Virus record (IMG/VR): IMGVR_UViG_3300046171_000225
Coordinates: 32,001 to 96,000 of that record
DNA length: 64,000 nucleotides
Source: a virus
Strand: one strand, 5' to 3'
A model generated the notes under the pieces. That model was given only the letters and a program-made list of their open reading frames with translations, had not been told where the DNA came from and did no database searches. The position numbers and the translations under genes are program-made. Shown here piece after piece: positions 1-9,557 of the stretch; within the stretch, counting starts at the first letter, position 1, and every line of letters starts with the position of its first letter.

Positions 1-2
1 AC

Positions 3-599
3 TTCAGCAGAAGATGGATCTCCGAGAATATCTTTGGTATGTCTGAGGAACAGTTCCTTAGAAACAAGAGAGAGATGTACACTGATCGCAAGTACGAGGC
101 TGAGCTCAATGCTGTTGGCGAGGTTGCCGCAGAAGTTGCAGCTGCCACAGCTGGAGGGGCGCTTGGACTACCACCGGGGGACGAGCTGCCTACTGGTATC
201 GAAACAGACTTTGGACTACCTCCTGCAGAAACAGGTCTACCACCAGAGCCTGCGCCTGAGGCAGAAACTGGAGCAGAAGCTGGTGCAGAGGCACCAGCAG
301 ATGATGTTCTCTTGGCAACGCCCGGAAATAGGGACAATAACAAAGACGGCAGAAAGACTGCAGGAAGGTCAAAAAATATAAGAAGTGCAGCTCTCCCGGA
401 GGTCGGCACTGCTAGATCAACTTTCCCTGGATTTAAGGGTCATGACAGTTTAGATACGTTAAGTCGTTTAGTTACAGAAAAAGAAACTAATTATGATACT
501 GAAGAGATTTTTCAAGAGCAAAGAATTTTTGCCATTGATCATCAGACTAGAAAACTAATTGAAAATTTAGAAAAACTGGAGAGCAATGATGAAACATAA
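3..599 (+). CDS. Portal protein (T4 gp20-like), C-terminal part, 5' truncated by window
   Basis: Frame is open from base 3 (FSRRWISENIFGMSEEQ), resembling the gp20 C-terminal 'FSxxWIxxNIxxMSxEE' segment. An acidic Pro/Ala-rich tail follows, and the gene lies upstream of the protease, scaffold and capsid genes. Confidence 0.7.
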   Translation, partial: FSRRWISENIFGMSEEQFLRNKREMYTDRKYEAELNAVGEVAAEVAAATAGGALGLPPGDELPTGIETDFGLPPAETGLPPEPAPEAETGAEAGAEAPADDVLLATPGNRDNNKDGRKTAGRSKNIRSAALPEVGTARSTFPGFKGHDSLDTLSRLVTEKETNYDTEEIFQEQRIFAIDHQTRKLIENLEKLESNDET

Positions 600-1395
600 T
601 AAAAAAAGAAATACAGCTTTTCTGTTTGAGTGCTTGGTTAAGGAGTTAACTAAAGCAACTTTGCGATCCGACACTAAAACAAAGCACGCTATCGTATCTA
701 TCCTAAGAGAACACTTTCACACAAATTCGGTGCTACAGAAAGAGCTAACACTCTACAAAACACTTTGTGAGATCTCAGAAGTCGAGAAGATTGTTGCAGA
801 AAAGATTCTTGTAGAGGTAAAGAGAGTGTACCACACTCTCGGAGAGCAGGACATTTTTGATGAGCAGACAGAAGTAGTTAAGAAAATAAACACCGATCTA
901 TCAAAGAGCGTTTTTAAGAACTTCGTATCCAACTATAAAACACTTGCTTCTATATCACAGTTGTTTAATCCGAAGACACCTATCCCTAATAGAGTCTTGT
1001 TAGAGCAAAATATAATCGATTCGATGTGTGCCTCTAGAGAAAAGACTGATGTACTCAAGCCAATCGATAACTTAACTTACAACGTATTCGTTAAAAAGTT
1101 CAACGAGAAGTATGGCACTACTCTAAACGAGTCCCAGAAAGATCTGATCAGTAGGTACGTTGTCCTATCTCCAGAGAGTGCAACTGAGTTTAAGATGTAC
1201 GTTAGTGAAGAGATAGGTAGATTAAAAGAGAAGCTTAGTGCCTTTCATCTTACCGAAGAAGCAAAGAAAGATGGCTCCTTGGTTCACAAGAATCTAGAAA
1301 TCCTTGAAATACTATCAGACTTCAGTAGCCAACAGATCAACGATAATATGATTAAAAAGATTTTAAAGATACAAGGTCTTGTATCGGAGATTTGA
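586..1395 (+). CDS. Hypothetical head-module protein
   Basis: 269-aa ORF overlapping the portal stop; ACTAATTA motif at 486-493. Confidence 0.6.
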   Translation: MMKHNKKRNTAFLFECLVKELTKATLRSDTKTKHAIVSILREHFHTNSVLQKELTLYKTLCEISEVEKIVAEKILVEVKRVYHTLGEQDIFDEQTEVVKKINTDLSKSVFKNFVSNYKTLASISQLFNPKTPIPNRVLLEQNIIDSMCASREKTDVLKPIDNLTYNVFVKKFNEKYGTTLNESQKDLISRYVVLSPESATEFKMYVSEEIGRLKEKLSAFHLTEEAKKDGSLVHKNLEILEILSDFSSQQINDNMIKKILKIQGLVSEI

Positions 1396-1396
1396 T

Positions 1397-1972
1397 ATGC
1401 CTAAACTAAATATAAAATTTCTCCCATCTCAAAAGAAACTAAAGGTCAAAGTCTATGACGAAGATCAGGTTCTAAAAACTTTTTCTCTCAAAGCAAAGAA
1501 GAGTTTGGATGGAAATATTATAGTTTATGATCATCATGATATCGATATTGTGGTTAGGCCAGAACTAAAGAAGATCACAACCTTCAAAAAAGAAGAGACC
1601 ACTGGGAATATTGCTTATGGTGCTTCTGACAGACTCTTTAATTACTTGGCCGACAAAGGCGTGATCAGCCTTGAGTCTGTCCAAGGTGGTAATGTGGCAG
1701 ACTCATATGAGGCAACTATATTAAAAACAAACGTCAAGATTCCTATTAAGATAGCTCTTCTATGTATATCGCGATGGATAGAGACTGAAAGGCCATACTT
1801 CGAATACGCTGAAGAATACGAAGATATGCAAGATGAGCGCCTGACAAGTCCAGACGCTGAAGAGTCAACAGAGCTTGGTGAAGTGCCCCAAGGTACCCAG
1901 AAGGGTTCTATCGTTCCGGGCTATTACAGAAGCCCCTACTGGATGAGCTATATTTTAGAAAATCAGGAGTGA
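1397..1972 (+). CDS. Hypothetical protein
   Basis: ATG at 1397 after GGAG; tiles between neighbours. Confidence 0.6.
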   Translation: MPKLNIKFLPSQKKLKVKVYDEDQVLKTFSLKAKKSLDGNIIVYDHHDIDIVVRPELKKITTFKKEETTGNIAYGASDRLFNYLADKGVISLESVQGGNVADSYEATILKTNVKIPIKIALLCISRWIETERPYFEYAEEYEDMQDERLTSPDAEESTELGEVPQGTQKGSIVPGYYRSPYWMSYILENQE

Positions 1973-2298
1973 TTATGGACTTACTTTGGTTTGTATTAGC
2001 CTGTTACGGGCTGACTTATCTTGTTGTATATGCTAGTATTTTTAACAGAATTAGACCCTCAAAAGAATGGCTCTGGGGGTTTGGTAAACTTTTCCACTGC
2101 ACTTTGTGCTTTGGATTTCATGCAGGATGGTTTTTGTTTGTCATAAACAGGTGGACAGAACTATTTACTTTTGACTACACTCTTGCGAATTTTTTAATTT
2201 GTGGGTGTGTAGGTTCAGGGACTTCTTATATGTTGAGCCAAATAATACAAGATGAGGGGGTGAGATATGCCACAATTGTGCAACACTCGCGGTCGTAA
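1969..2298 (+). CDS. Small membrane protein, DUF1360-like
   Basis: Three hydrophobic segments and a CxxCxGF motif (LFHCTLCFGFHAGW). Confidence 0.55.
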   Translation: MIMDLLWFVLACYGLTYLVVYASIFNRIRPSKEWLWGFGKLFHCTLCFGFHAGWFLFVINRWTELFTFDYTLANFLICGCVGSGTSYMLSQIIQDEGVRYATIVQHSRS

Positions 2299-2341
2299 TT
2301 GGTACTTACGACCTGTCGCACGCTGCTGTTCCGGTTCGTAA
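2267..2341 (+). CDS. Putative 24-aa Cys/Arg-rich peptide MPQLCNTRGRNWYLRPVARCCSGS
   Basis: ATG preceded by GAGGGGG RBS and followed by a GCGGG/CCCGC hairpin; below the ORF-track cutoff. Confidence 0.35.
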   Translation: MPQLCNTRGRNWYLRPVARCCSGS

Positions 2342-2386
2342 CTCAAGCGGGTAGCGCCCGCATTTAACAAGTAAAGGTTTTTCATT

Positions 2387-3016
2387 ATGTCTAAACAACT
2401 ACTAACAGAATATTTTGCTCTTTGCGACGGTGGAGTTTGTCCCGACTATCTGACTGAGGGTGAAAAAAGAAGAATGTCCGAAGGAGTATCCTTCTATATG
2501 ACCGGCAAGATCCAGGAAGCTGACGCTCTTAATGGTAATGGAAGAGTTTACCCAAAACATGTTCTTGCTAGAGAAATGGAAAACTACCAAAAGCTCATAG
2601 ACACACGTCGTGCCTTGGGCGAACTTGACCATCCAGATTCCTCTGTAGTCGAATTGAAGAATTGTTCTCATTTGATTACAGAGGTCTGGTGGGAAGGTAA
2701 CAACGTGATGGGCAAGATTGAAGTGCTCAACACACCATCCGGTAGAACACTTAGAGCTCTTGCAGAGTCTGCGTGTGGTATCGGTATTTCCTCTAGAGGG
2801 TTAGGGTCAGTGAAGCAACGTGGCAAACACGTTGTCGTAGAAGACGATTTTAACCTAATTTGCTTTGACGTAGTATCTGACCCTTCTGCTCCGGGTGCCT
2901 TTATCAAACCAATGGACGGGATTTCACTACAGAGCAAGCCAGCTATAGGTATTAGCTTGGGAGAAAACAAAACTCGAAACCTGCACTCTTTGATGAATGA
3001 GATTCTAAGGAAGTAA
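2387..3016 (+). CDS. Prohead maturation protease (T4 gp21-like)
   Basis: NGNGRVYP, ALGELDHP, GISSRGLGS and FDVVSDPS motifs. Confidence 0.92.
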   Translation: MSKQLLTEYFALCDGGVCPDYLTEGEKRRMSEGVSFYMTGKIQEADALNGNGRVYPKHVLAREMENYQKLIDTRRALGELDHPDSSVVELKNCSHLITEVWWEGNNVMGKIEVLNTPSGRTLRALAESACGIGISSRGLGSVKQRGKHVVVEDDFNLICFDVVSDPSAPGAFIKPMDGISLQSKPAIGISLGENKTRNLHSLMNEILRK

Positions 3017-3017
3017 G

Positions 3018-3437
3018 ATGAAGAAGTCAGAATTAAAAAAGATACTTAAGCCTCTAGTAAAAGAGTGTATTAAAGAAAGCATTCTAGAAGAAGGAATTTT
3101 ATCTGGGATCATTTCTGAGGTGACTAAGGGACTTAGTTCAAAGATTGTTGTAGAGCAGAAGGCTGCACAGACGCCTGCTCCTGTAGAGGCACAAGTCCAA
3201 GCACCTTCGGTCAATGAGAGGATTGCAGAACACAGAAAGAAGCTGATGTCTGCAATTGGAGGAGATGCATATAATGGCATCGACCTTTTCGAGGGAACAA
3301 TTCCTGCACCAGCAGCAAGATCACCTGAAGCACAAGCCGGTAGCCCTCTGGGTGGTATGGACCCTAATGACTCTGGAATTGACATCGCAGGTATCATGGC
3401 TGTAGGCGGCAATAAATGGAAGGATCTAATTAAATGA
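3018..3437 (+). CDS. Hypothetical (possible internal head protein)
   Basis: 139-aa ORF immediately after the protease; N-terminal LKKILKPLVKECIKE helix. Confidence 0.55.
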   Translation: MKKSELKKILKPLVKECIKESILEEGILSGIISEVTKGLSSKIVVEQKAAQTPAPVEAQVQAPSVNERIAEHRKKLMSAIGGDAYNGIDLFEGTIPAPAARSPEAQAGSPLGGMDPNDSGIDIAGIMAVGGNKWKDLIK

Positions 3438-3688
3438 CAAGAACCTTCAGAGCAACGTTTACTTGGACTGACAGTCATGTAGATATCATTAGATATATCT
3501 ACGCTCCTGAGCACACTAAGGAGATTTCTGCCGATGATTTCAAGGTTCTGAACGCTGCTCTGGTTGGAACAAAGATTAGCACTTGGTCACAAGCAGAGAA
3601 AGACAGATTTGAAGAGCCACTAACAGACAGTGCTTATATAGCTTCCCACGGTGGCGACGCAACCTTTACCTCATTTGTGGAAGAATAA
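3434..3688 (+). CDS. Hypothetical protein
   Basis: ATGA overlap with the upstream gene. Confidence 0.55.
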   Translation: MTRTFRATFTWTDSHVDIIRYIYAPEHTKEISADDFKVLNAALVGTKISTWSQAEKDRFEEPLTDSAYIASHGGDATFTSFVEE

Positions 3689-4419
3689 TGCCGAACATTA
3701 ATGCCGCTGCTACAGATACAACTTTGATCGCGACTGAGCATTCCACTTGGTCTGCTGCTCGTGGTGCCTCGTCGGCAAATACGGCAGTCCCAGATGCTGC
3801 CCCCTTCTTTGGCTCTGACCGAGCAAACATTGCTGTCCGTGTTGGATTCGACGGGTCGGAGTACACTATTAACCGAACGATGATGGCTTTTGATGTAAGC
3901 GGCATCAGTCAAGTTCCAGCATCTGCGACCCTAAAGATTTACGGCTTCCAGTTAGCAAGTTCAGATGTTGTTATTATAAAAGTTGATGATAGTGCGACAG
4001 GAAATACTTCTTCAAACTTTGTTGTAGGAGATTATAGTAAAGTTACAACAACTAAGTATTCAGCAGAAAACCTTAGTTGGCAAGTAGGCCAGTATAACGA
4101 GATTCCCCTAAACCTTGCTTGTCGCGCCGCGATACAAACTCAAAGTACGTTGAAGATAGCCATTGTGAACTCTACATACGATTTTAGCAACTCAGACCCC
4201 GGCACAACCATAAATCACAGGGCCGGTATGTATTTTGCTGGCTTTTCGGACGCCAACTTTCGACCTTTTATTTCTTATACCACTGGTGTATCTAAACTAC
4301 AGAAGAGAAACAGAAGAAGAAAAAGAAGAACAAAGGGCGCAAGATCAAGAGGCTTTTCTGCCAAAAGCATTGTATCGACCACAGGCGGAAAAACAGTTGC
4401 TAATGGTTTTGAGGATTAA
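3688..4419 (+). CDS. Virion beta-sandwich protein (DNRLRE-like) with basic C-terminal tail
   Basis: RTMMAFDVSGI...SATLKIY pattern; KRNRRRKRR tail. Confidence 0.5.
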   Translation: MPNINAAATDTTLIATEHSTWSAARGASSANTAVPDAAPFFGSDRANIAVRVGFDGSEYTINRTMMAFDVSGISQVPASATLKIYGFQLASSDVVIIKVDDSATGNTSSNFVVGDYSKVTTTKYSAENLSWQVGQYNEIPLNLACRAAIQTQSTLKIAIVNSTYDFSNSDPGTTINHRAGMYFAGFSDANFRPFISYTTGVSKLQKRNRRRKRRTKGARSRGFSAKSIVSTTGGKTVANGFED

Positions 4420-4462
4420 AGTAAATTTGGAACTATTTAAAGTAGTTAATTGGAGATGTTAA

Positions 4463-4912
4463 ATGGCCAGTAATACAGACAGCAAAACAGGACAGCCTAT
4501 ATTTGGCTACCATGAGCCAGGATTTAATCATGTCGGCAGTTACCAAGTAAGTTGCAGACCTTTTGCAACCGCGTCTGTGGAAGTGCCAGCCTCAGCTTCA
4601 GCCGGAGGCCTAGCTTTTGATTTTCCGGGAGCTACAAAGTTTATTGTGGTTAGAAACGAAGAGCATGACACAATCGCTGATTCAAAAGTTCGTTTAGCTT
4701 TCGCATCAGGCGGTATGAATAATTACAACTACATTTTGATCAACCCAAGTTCATCCTTCAGTGCAGACTATAGGATCTCAAAGCTTTATGTAATGAGTGA
4801 TACGTCTACACAACCAAAAGTTTCAGTGATTGCTGGTATCACTAACATTAAAGCAGCAAGAGTTCCTTCAGGTTCTTGGGAGAACACTGTCGGCGTAGAT
4901 AAGACAAGCTAG
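4463..4912 (+). CDS. Hypothetical virion protein
   Basis: Beta-rich 149-aa ORF with GGAG RBS and ACTATTTA at 4432. Confidence 0.55.
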   Translation: MASNTDSKTGQPIFGYHEPGFNHVGSYQVSCRPFATASVEVPASASAGGLAFDFPGATKFIVVRNEEHDTIADSKVRLAFASGGMNNYNYILINPSSSFSADYRISKLYVMSDTSTQPKVSVIAGITNIKAARVPSGSWENTVGVDKTS

Positions 4913-4920
4913 AGGAATTA

Positions 4921-5190
4921 ATGGCATACCGAAATAATAGATCTCGGGAAAGAAATAGTAACAGACATCAAATTTCTTCCAAGAGACCAAGCAACGTCAC
5001 AACTCTTCCAAAAGAGGGAGAGCATGTGGACCGAACAATAAAAAGATTTTTACGAAAAGTTAAAAAGTCGGGTATCGGGGACATTTTGAAGAAAAGAAGA
5101 TTCTTTGAAAAGCCTTCTGTAAAGAGACGAAAGAAGAGGAAACAAAGAGATGCGACTATGAGAAAGTTGCGTGCAAAGACTCAATCTTAA
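4921..5190 (+). CDS. rpsU: Ribosomal protein bS21 homolog
   Basis: EGEHVDRTIKRFLRKVKKSGI...RRFFEKPSVKRRKK matches the bS21 signature. Confidence 0.88.
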   Translation: MAYRNNRSRERNSNRHQISSKRPSNVTTLPKEGEHVDRTIKRFLRKVKKSGIGDILKKRRFFEKPSVKRRKKRKQRDATMRKLRAKTQS

Positions 5191-5265
5191 TACAGTAATG
5201 TAAAATAGGAATTTACTCTTTTATTGTACTATTTACTGATGAACGACTATTGTGAGGATTTTTTT

Positions 5266-6528
5266 ATGTCATCTTTACTTGATGAGGCTATCGTAGACGC
5301 TAAAGCTCTTAGAGAAGCAGTTCTTAAGAGTGCTGAAGCTTCTCTACTAGAGGCTTATGCGCCTAAAATACAAGAAGCAGTTGAGCAAATGCTAGAGCAG
5401 GACGAGATGGATCCTCTCGCTGCTATGGGAGAGCCAGCACCAGAGGGCGCTGAGGAAGAGACAGGTGATGTCTTCTCTGACCAAAAGGAAGAAGATCTCC
5501 CCGAGGAACTAGTTCAGGCAGCTATGATGGACGATGAGGATCAGGAAATTGATTTCGATCTTAGTGCTGGTGAGCTTCGCTCTATGATGGAGTCGGTACT
5601 TAAAGAGGTTGAGTCTGAGGACGAGACCTCTGAGGTCATCGAAGAGGGTATTGAGATTGATGAAGAAATTATTGCTCTTTTTGAGTCTGAGGAAGTAACC
5701 GAGACTACCGAAGAAGTCATCGAGGAAGCGAAAGAAGACGCTGACCCAGATGAGCTCTCCGACGAGGATGTCCTTGACACCACAGAGCCAAAGCATGATG
5801 ACGAAGGCAGCGCAATGCAGAAGCTGCTTAACAGATTGATGATGAGAGCTAAGGTTGATGGCATGGAGCCAGAGGTTGCCGCACAAGAGCTTGGATTGGA
5901 AGATGATCCTGAAGTTCTTGATCTTATCCGTGATATTCAAGATGATCAATTGCTAGACAATCCTAACATGGGCGATCTAGATGGCCTTCTTGAGAGGCTT
6001 GTCGTAGACATTATGCCACAGAAAAGCGGTTGGGCAGGCACACCAGAGTCTGTCATGAAGCACAATGAGAAGCTTGCAGCTGCAATGGCACAGTCTGACG
6101 AGTACAAAGAAGAAAGAGATGAACTTTTAAAAGTTGGTAGAGAGCTAGCTGAGTCCAACGAGAAGTTCCAGAATGCTAATACTAAGCTAATGGAAACCGT
6201 TGAGACTCTTGAGCAGAAGCTCAATGAGACTAACCTCTCCAACGCTAAACTACTTTATACGAACCGTATTTTGAGAAAGTCCTCCCTGAATGAGCGACAA
6301 AAGGAGACGATTGTCGAAGCTCTCTCTAATGCAGGTTCGGTAAACGAGGCGAAGGTAATTTTTGAGACCCTTCAAAGCACGGTGGGTTCGACTCGCAAGA
6401 GCGCACCACAATCACTAAGCGAAGCAGTATCTAGACCTTCATCTACTATACCGAGAAGAACAGTCCAAAGTGATTTCAATCCGTTTTCGGAAAGAATGAG
6501 ACTCTTGGCAGGTATCAATAAAAAATAA
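5266..6528 (+). CDS. Prohead scaffold/core protein (gp22-like)
   Basis: Acidic coiled-coil protein directly upstream of the capsid gene, ending ERMRLLAGI; ATG 5266 follows GAGGA. Confidence 0.75.
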   Translation: MSSLLDEAIVDAKALREAVLKSAEASLLEAYAPKIQEAVEQMLEQDEMDPLAAMGEPAPEGAEEETGDVFSDQKEEDLPEELVQAAMMDDEDQEIDFDLSAGELRSMMESVLKEVESEDETSEVIEEGIEIDEEIIALFESEEVTETTEEVIEEAKEDADPDELSDEDVLDTTEPKHDDEGSAMQKLLNRLMMRAKVDGMEPEVAAQELGLEDDPEVLDLIRDIQDDQLLDNPNMGDLDGLLERLVVDIMPQKSGWAGTPESVMKHNEKLAAAMAQSDEYKEERDELLKVGRELAESNEKFQNANTKLMETVETLEQKLNETNLSNAKLLYTNRILRKSSLNERQKETIVEALSNAGSVNEAKVIFETLQSTVGSTRKSAPQSLSEAVSRPSSTIPRRTVQSDFNPFSERMRLLAGINKK

Positions 6529-6547
6529 CTATTAGGAGGATTTTAAC

Positions 6548-8377
6548 ATGTCTATTTTGAATAAATTGACTGAAGGCATTGTTAGCCGCGACCTCGCAAA
6601 AGAGGGAGCTGCACTTCAGTCCAAGTGGGAGAAGACTGGCCTACTAGAGGGCCTCACAGATGATCGTGAGCGCGCTTCTATGTCACGTCTTCTCGAGAAC
6701 CAAGCAAAGGAGCTTCTACGTGAGGTCTCCACCATGGCAGCTGGCGACGTCGAGGGTTTCGCTGCTGTTGCTTTCCCAATCGTTCGTCGCGTTTTCGGTG
6801 GCCTTCTCGCCAACGATCTCGTTAGCGTTCAGCCAATGAGCCTTCCATCAGGTCTCATTTTCTTCCTCGACTTTACATACAACACTGCACGCGGTGGCCT
6901 TGCTGCTGATGGCTCGTTGTATGGTGGTGGCGTTGTTGCTAGTCAGTTGACTGGTGGTGTGACGGACGTCACAGAAGCAGGTGGTGGTTTCTACAACCTT
7001 GCTAACGCTTATTCGCAAGGTACCGGATCACTCTCTATCGATGCTGATACATCAGCGGCTGGCTTCGCCAACATCACGGCTGATGATTACAGTACTGTTG
7101 CAACCGCGATTAGTGCATTCAACGGCTCAGAAGTTCAGATTGATGCTCTTTCGGAAGCTCAAAAGACTGCTCTTCGTTACGATCCTGATCTGCTTGCAGG
7201 CGGCCCGAATAAATTGACGACTGATGATGTTGTTGAGTTAATCGTTCGCGTGTCTAAGGCTGAAGCTGATAAGATGGATTTCAGAAACATGGGCGCATTT
7301 GACCTTGGTACGCTCCCTAACAGTGCTACCTTGTTACGCCGTCTCACGCACCTTGGAACCAAGGGAACTGATGGTGTCACTTTGTCGAATGCCAATCCTG
7401 AGTCTGCTCACGTTGCTATCACATTCTACATGGTAGGAACGGGTATCACGGCTGCTGGTCAGGATGCTACAACCCCCTTGACCTTGAGCTTCCCATTCAA
7501 GGATAGCTTTGCTACTGCTGACGCGATTGGCGGTGTAAAGGGTTCCCAGTTCCCACTTGAGCTTGCAACTGATACAGCTGCTGAGGCTGGAGCGCTAATT
7601 GATGTCATCCCTGAGATTGACATTAAGGTAGACAGCATCGCTGTCACAGCGGTTACCAAAAAGCTCAAGGCTAAGTGGTCACCTGAGCTTGGGCAGGATC
7701 TAAATGCGTACCACAACCTTGATGCTGAGGTTGAGCTTACGTCGATCCTTTCTGAGCAGATTGCTCTTGAGATTGACCGCGAGATCGTAGCTGATCTTAT
7801 TCAGGGTGCTACTGCTGGTACATTCTACTGGTCACGCTCCCCAGGTCTCTTCGTGAACCGCGTTACCGGTGCTGAGCTTGGCGCAACTTCGGCTGCTCCA
7901 GACTTCACTGGTACGGTTAGCGAGTGGTACGAGACTCTGATCGAGACCATCAACGATGTGTCGGCTCAGATCCACAGAAAGACACTACGTGGCGGTGCAA
8001 ACTTCCTCGTTACGTCTCCTGAGGTTGCCAACATCCTTGAGTTCACTGCCGGTTTCCGTGCTAATGTGACTCACGACTCTGATCGTGGCACTGTTGGTGC
8101 TGTTAACGTTGGTTCACTCTCCAAGAAGTTCGACGTGTACGTCGATCCATACTTCCCACGGAACGTTGTTCTTGTTGGCCGTAAGGGTGGTAGCTTCCTT
8201 GAGAGCGGCTACGTCTACGCTCCATACGTCCCACTACAGGTCACACCTACAATCTTCGGTGTCGAGGACTTCGTACCTCGCAAGGGCGTGATGACACGCT
8301 ACGCTAAGAAGATGGTACGTCCTGATATGTACGGACTTGTTGTATGTCGCGGCCTCCTCGGTGAGGAAGGTAGCTGA
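6548..8377 (+). CDS. Major capsid protein (T4 gp23-like)
   Basis: VSVQPMSLPSG, KLKAKWSPELGQDLNAYH, LEIDREI, YAPYVPL and GVMTRYA motifs; strong AGGAGG RBS. Confidence 0.96.
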   Translation: MSILNKLTEGIVSRDLAKEGAALQSKWEKTGLLEGLTDDRERASMSRLLENQAKELLREVSTMAAGDVEGFAAVAFPIVRRVFGGLLANDLVSVQPMSLPSGLIFFLDFTYNTARGGLAADGSLYGGGVVASQLTGGVTDVTEAGGGFYNLANAYSQGTGSLSIDADTSAAGFANITADDYSTVATAISAFNGSEVQIDALSEAQKTALRYDPDLLAGGPNKLTTDDVVELIVRVSKAEADKMDFRNMGAFDLGTLPNSATLLRRLTHLGTKGTDGVTLSNANPESAHVAITFYMVGTGITAAGQDATTPLTLSFPFKDSFATADAIGGVKGSQFPLELATDTAAEAGALIDVIPEIDIKVDSIAVTAVTKKLKAKWSPELGQDLNAYHNLDAEVELTSILSEQIALEIDREIVADLIQGATAGTFYWSRSPGLFVNRVTGAELGATSAAPDFTGTVSEWYETLIETINDVSAQIHRKTLRGGANFLVTSPEVANILEFTAGFRANVTHDSDRGTVGAVNVGSLSKKFDVYVDPYFPRNVVLVGRKGGSFLESGYVYAPYVPLQVTPTIFGVEDFVPRKGVMTRYAKKMVRPDMYGLVVCRGLLGEEGS

Positions 8378-8402
8378 TCTAAAAACTAGTCTATAAAGAC
8401 TG

Positions 8403-8434
8403 GCCCTGCCCCTAAAAAGGCAGGGCTTTTTTTT
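8403..8434 (+). terminator. Intrinsic terminator after capsid gene
   Basis: GCCCTGCC/GGCAGGGC stem followed by T8. Confidence 0.85.
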
Positions 8435-8515
8435 CTTTTAGAATATGAAGACACTATTTATAAGTGTGAACAGGGTATAAACCCGGTTAGAGTATATAAC
8501 AGGAGATTATTAAAT

Positions 8516-9022
8516 ATGTCTAAAGTAGCAAGAGCGGCCAGAGAGGGCGCAAGAAAAAACATTCTAGAGTTGACCGCCGATAAGACGCTTGCGTTTACCG
8601 ACACTGGTAAGACAATTCTTCTTAATTCTACCTCGGCCTTGGCTGTTACCCTTCCTGATGTAGCCACTGCCCCAGTGGGTACGTTCTATCGCTTTGTAGT
8701 TATAACTGCCAACAACAACGCTTACACGATTACCACTGCTGACACGACTGACAGTACTGGCGACATGTTTATTGGTGGCGTGACATACGGCGACAACGCT
8801 GCTGCTGGCGATGGCGACGGTACCGATAATATTTCTTTGATCGTACCAGGTGCGGACGACAACAAAATCACCTTAGACGCCAACTTAACCGATGGAGGCG
8901 GCCAGCCTGGAACACGCATAGAGTGCTTAAGAGTCTCCGCAACTCAATGGCTAGTGAGTGGTGTCGTGATCACCTCCGACGCTGACGGAACTGGCGCTGC
9001 AATATTCTCCGATGTTGACTAA
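8516..9022 (+). CDS. Putative head decoration/virion protein
   Basis: Thr/Gly/Asp-rich beta protein with its own ACTATTTA motif (8453) and terminator. Confidence 0.55.
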   Translation: MSKVARAAREGARKNILELTADKTLAFTDTGKTILLNSTSALAVTLPDVATAPVGTFYRFVVITANNNAYTITTADTTDSTGDMFIGGVTYGDNAAAGDGDGTDNISLIVPGADDNKITLDANLTDGGGQPGTRIECLRVSATQWLVSGVVITSDADGTGAAIFSDVD

Positions 9023-9045
9023 AGCTCGTTAGTCACCATCTTAAC

Positions 9046-9076
9046 AAACCCCCAACCATCCGGTTGGGGGTTTTTT
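9046..9076 (+). terminator. Intrinsic terminator
   Basis: AAACCCCCAACC/GGTTGGGGGTTT stem followed by a T run. Confidence 0.85.
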
Positions 9077-9114
9077 ATTTATAGAACTAATTATTATGTC
9101 CAAAAGGAGTTATT

Positions 9115-9486
9115 ATGGGCAAGAGAAAAAAGCGCCTAACCATGGCGAGATATGCTAAAAAGTATGCTAAGGTAAGAAGCTTAATTGCTGCTAAGCTGGA
9201 AAAGACTAAAGAAGATGCAATGGCAGATGGCATTGTAACCGAGCAAGAGGCAGCTGAAATAAATAAATTAGAGGTTGAAGTAGAGCGACTGCGTGTCTTG
9301 GAAGAAGCCCCAGAGGCAGAACAAGAAGCAGCAATGGAAGAAAAGGAAGTTGTTCTTGAGTCTGATGAAAAAGAACCTATTCCTCCTAAGCCAGAGCCAG
9401 CGGTTAAGCGAAAGCCACGAGCAAAGAAAGCCCCAACAGCTAAGCGTAAGCCTAGAAAAACAAGAGCCCCCAAGAAGACTGAGTAG
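9115..9486 (+). CDS. Hypothetical protein with basic termini and acidic middle
   Basis: 123 aa; histone-H1-like K/P/A tail; ACTAATTA at 9086. Confidence 0.55.
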   Translation: MGKRKKRLTMARYAKKYAKVRSLIAAKLEKTKEDAMADGIVTEQEAAEINKLEVEVERLRVLEEAPEAEQEAAMEEKEVVLESDEKEPIPPKPEPAVKRKPRAKKAPTAKRKPRKTRAPKKTE

Positions 9487-9557
9487 GCAGAATAATAGTA
9501 GCCATAGGGGGTTTTAACATAATCAAACTAATTACTATGTATTAGGAGAAACCCCCA

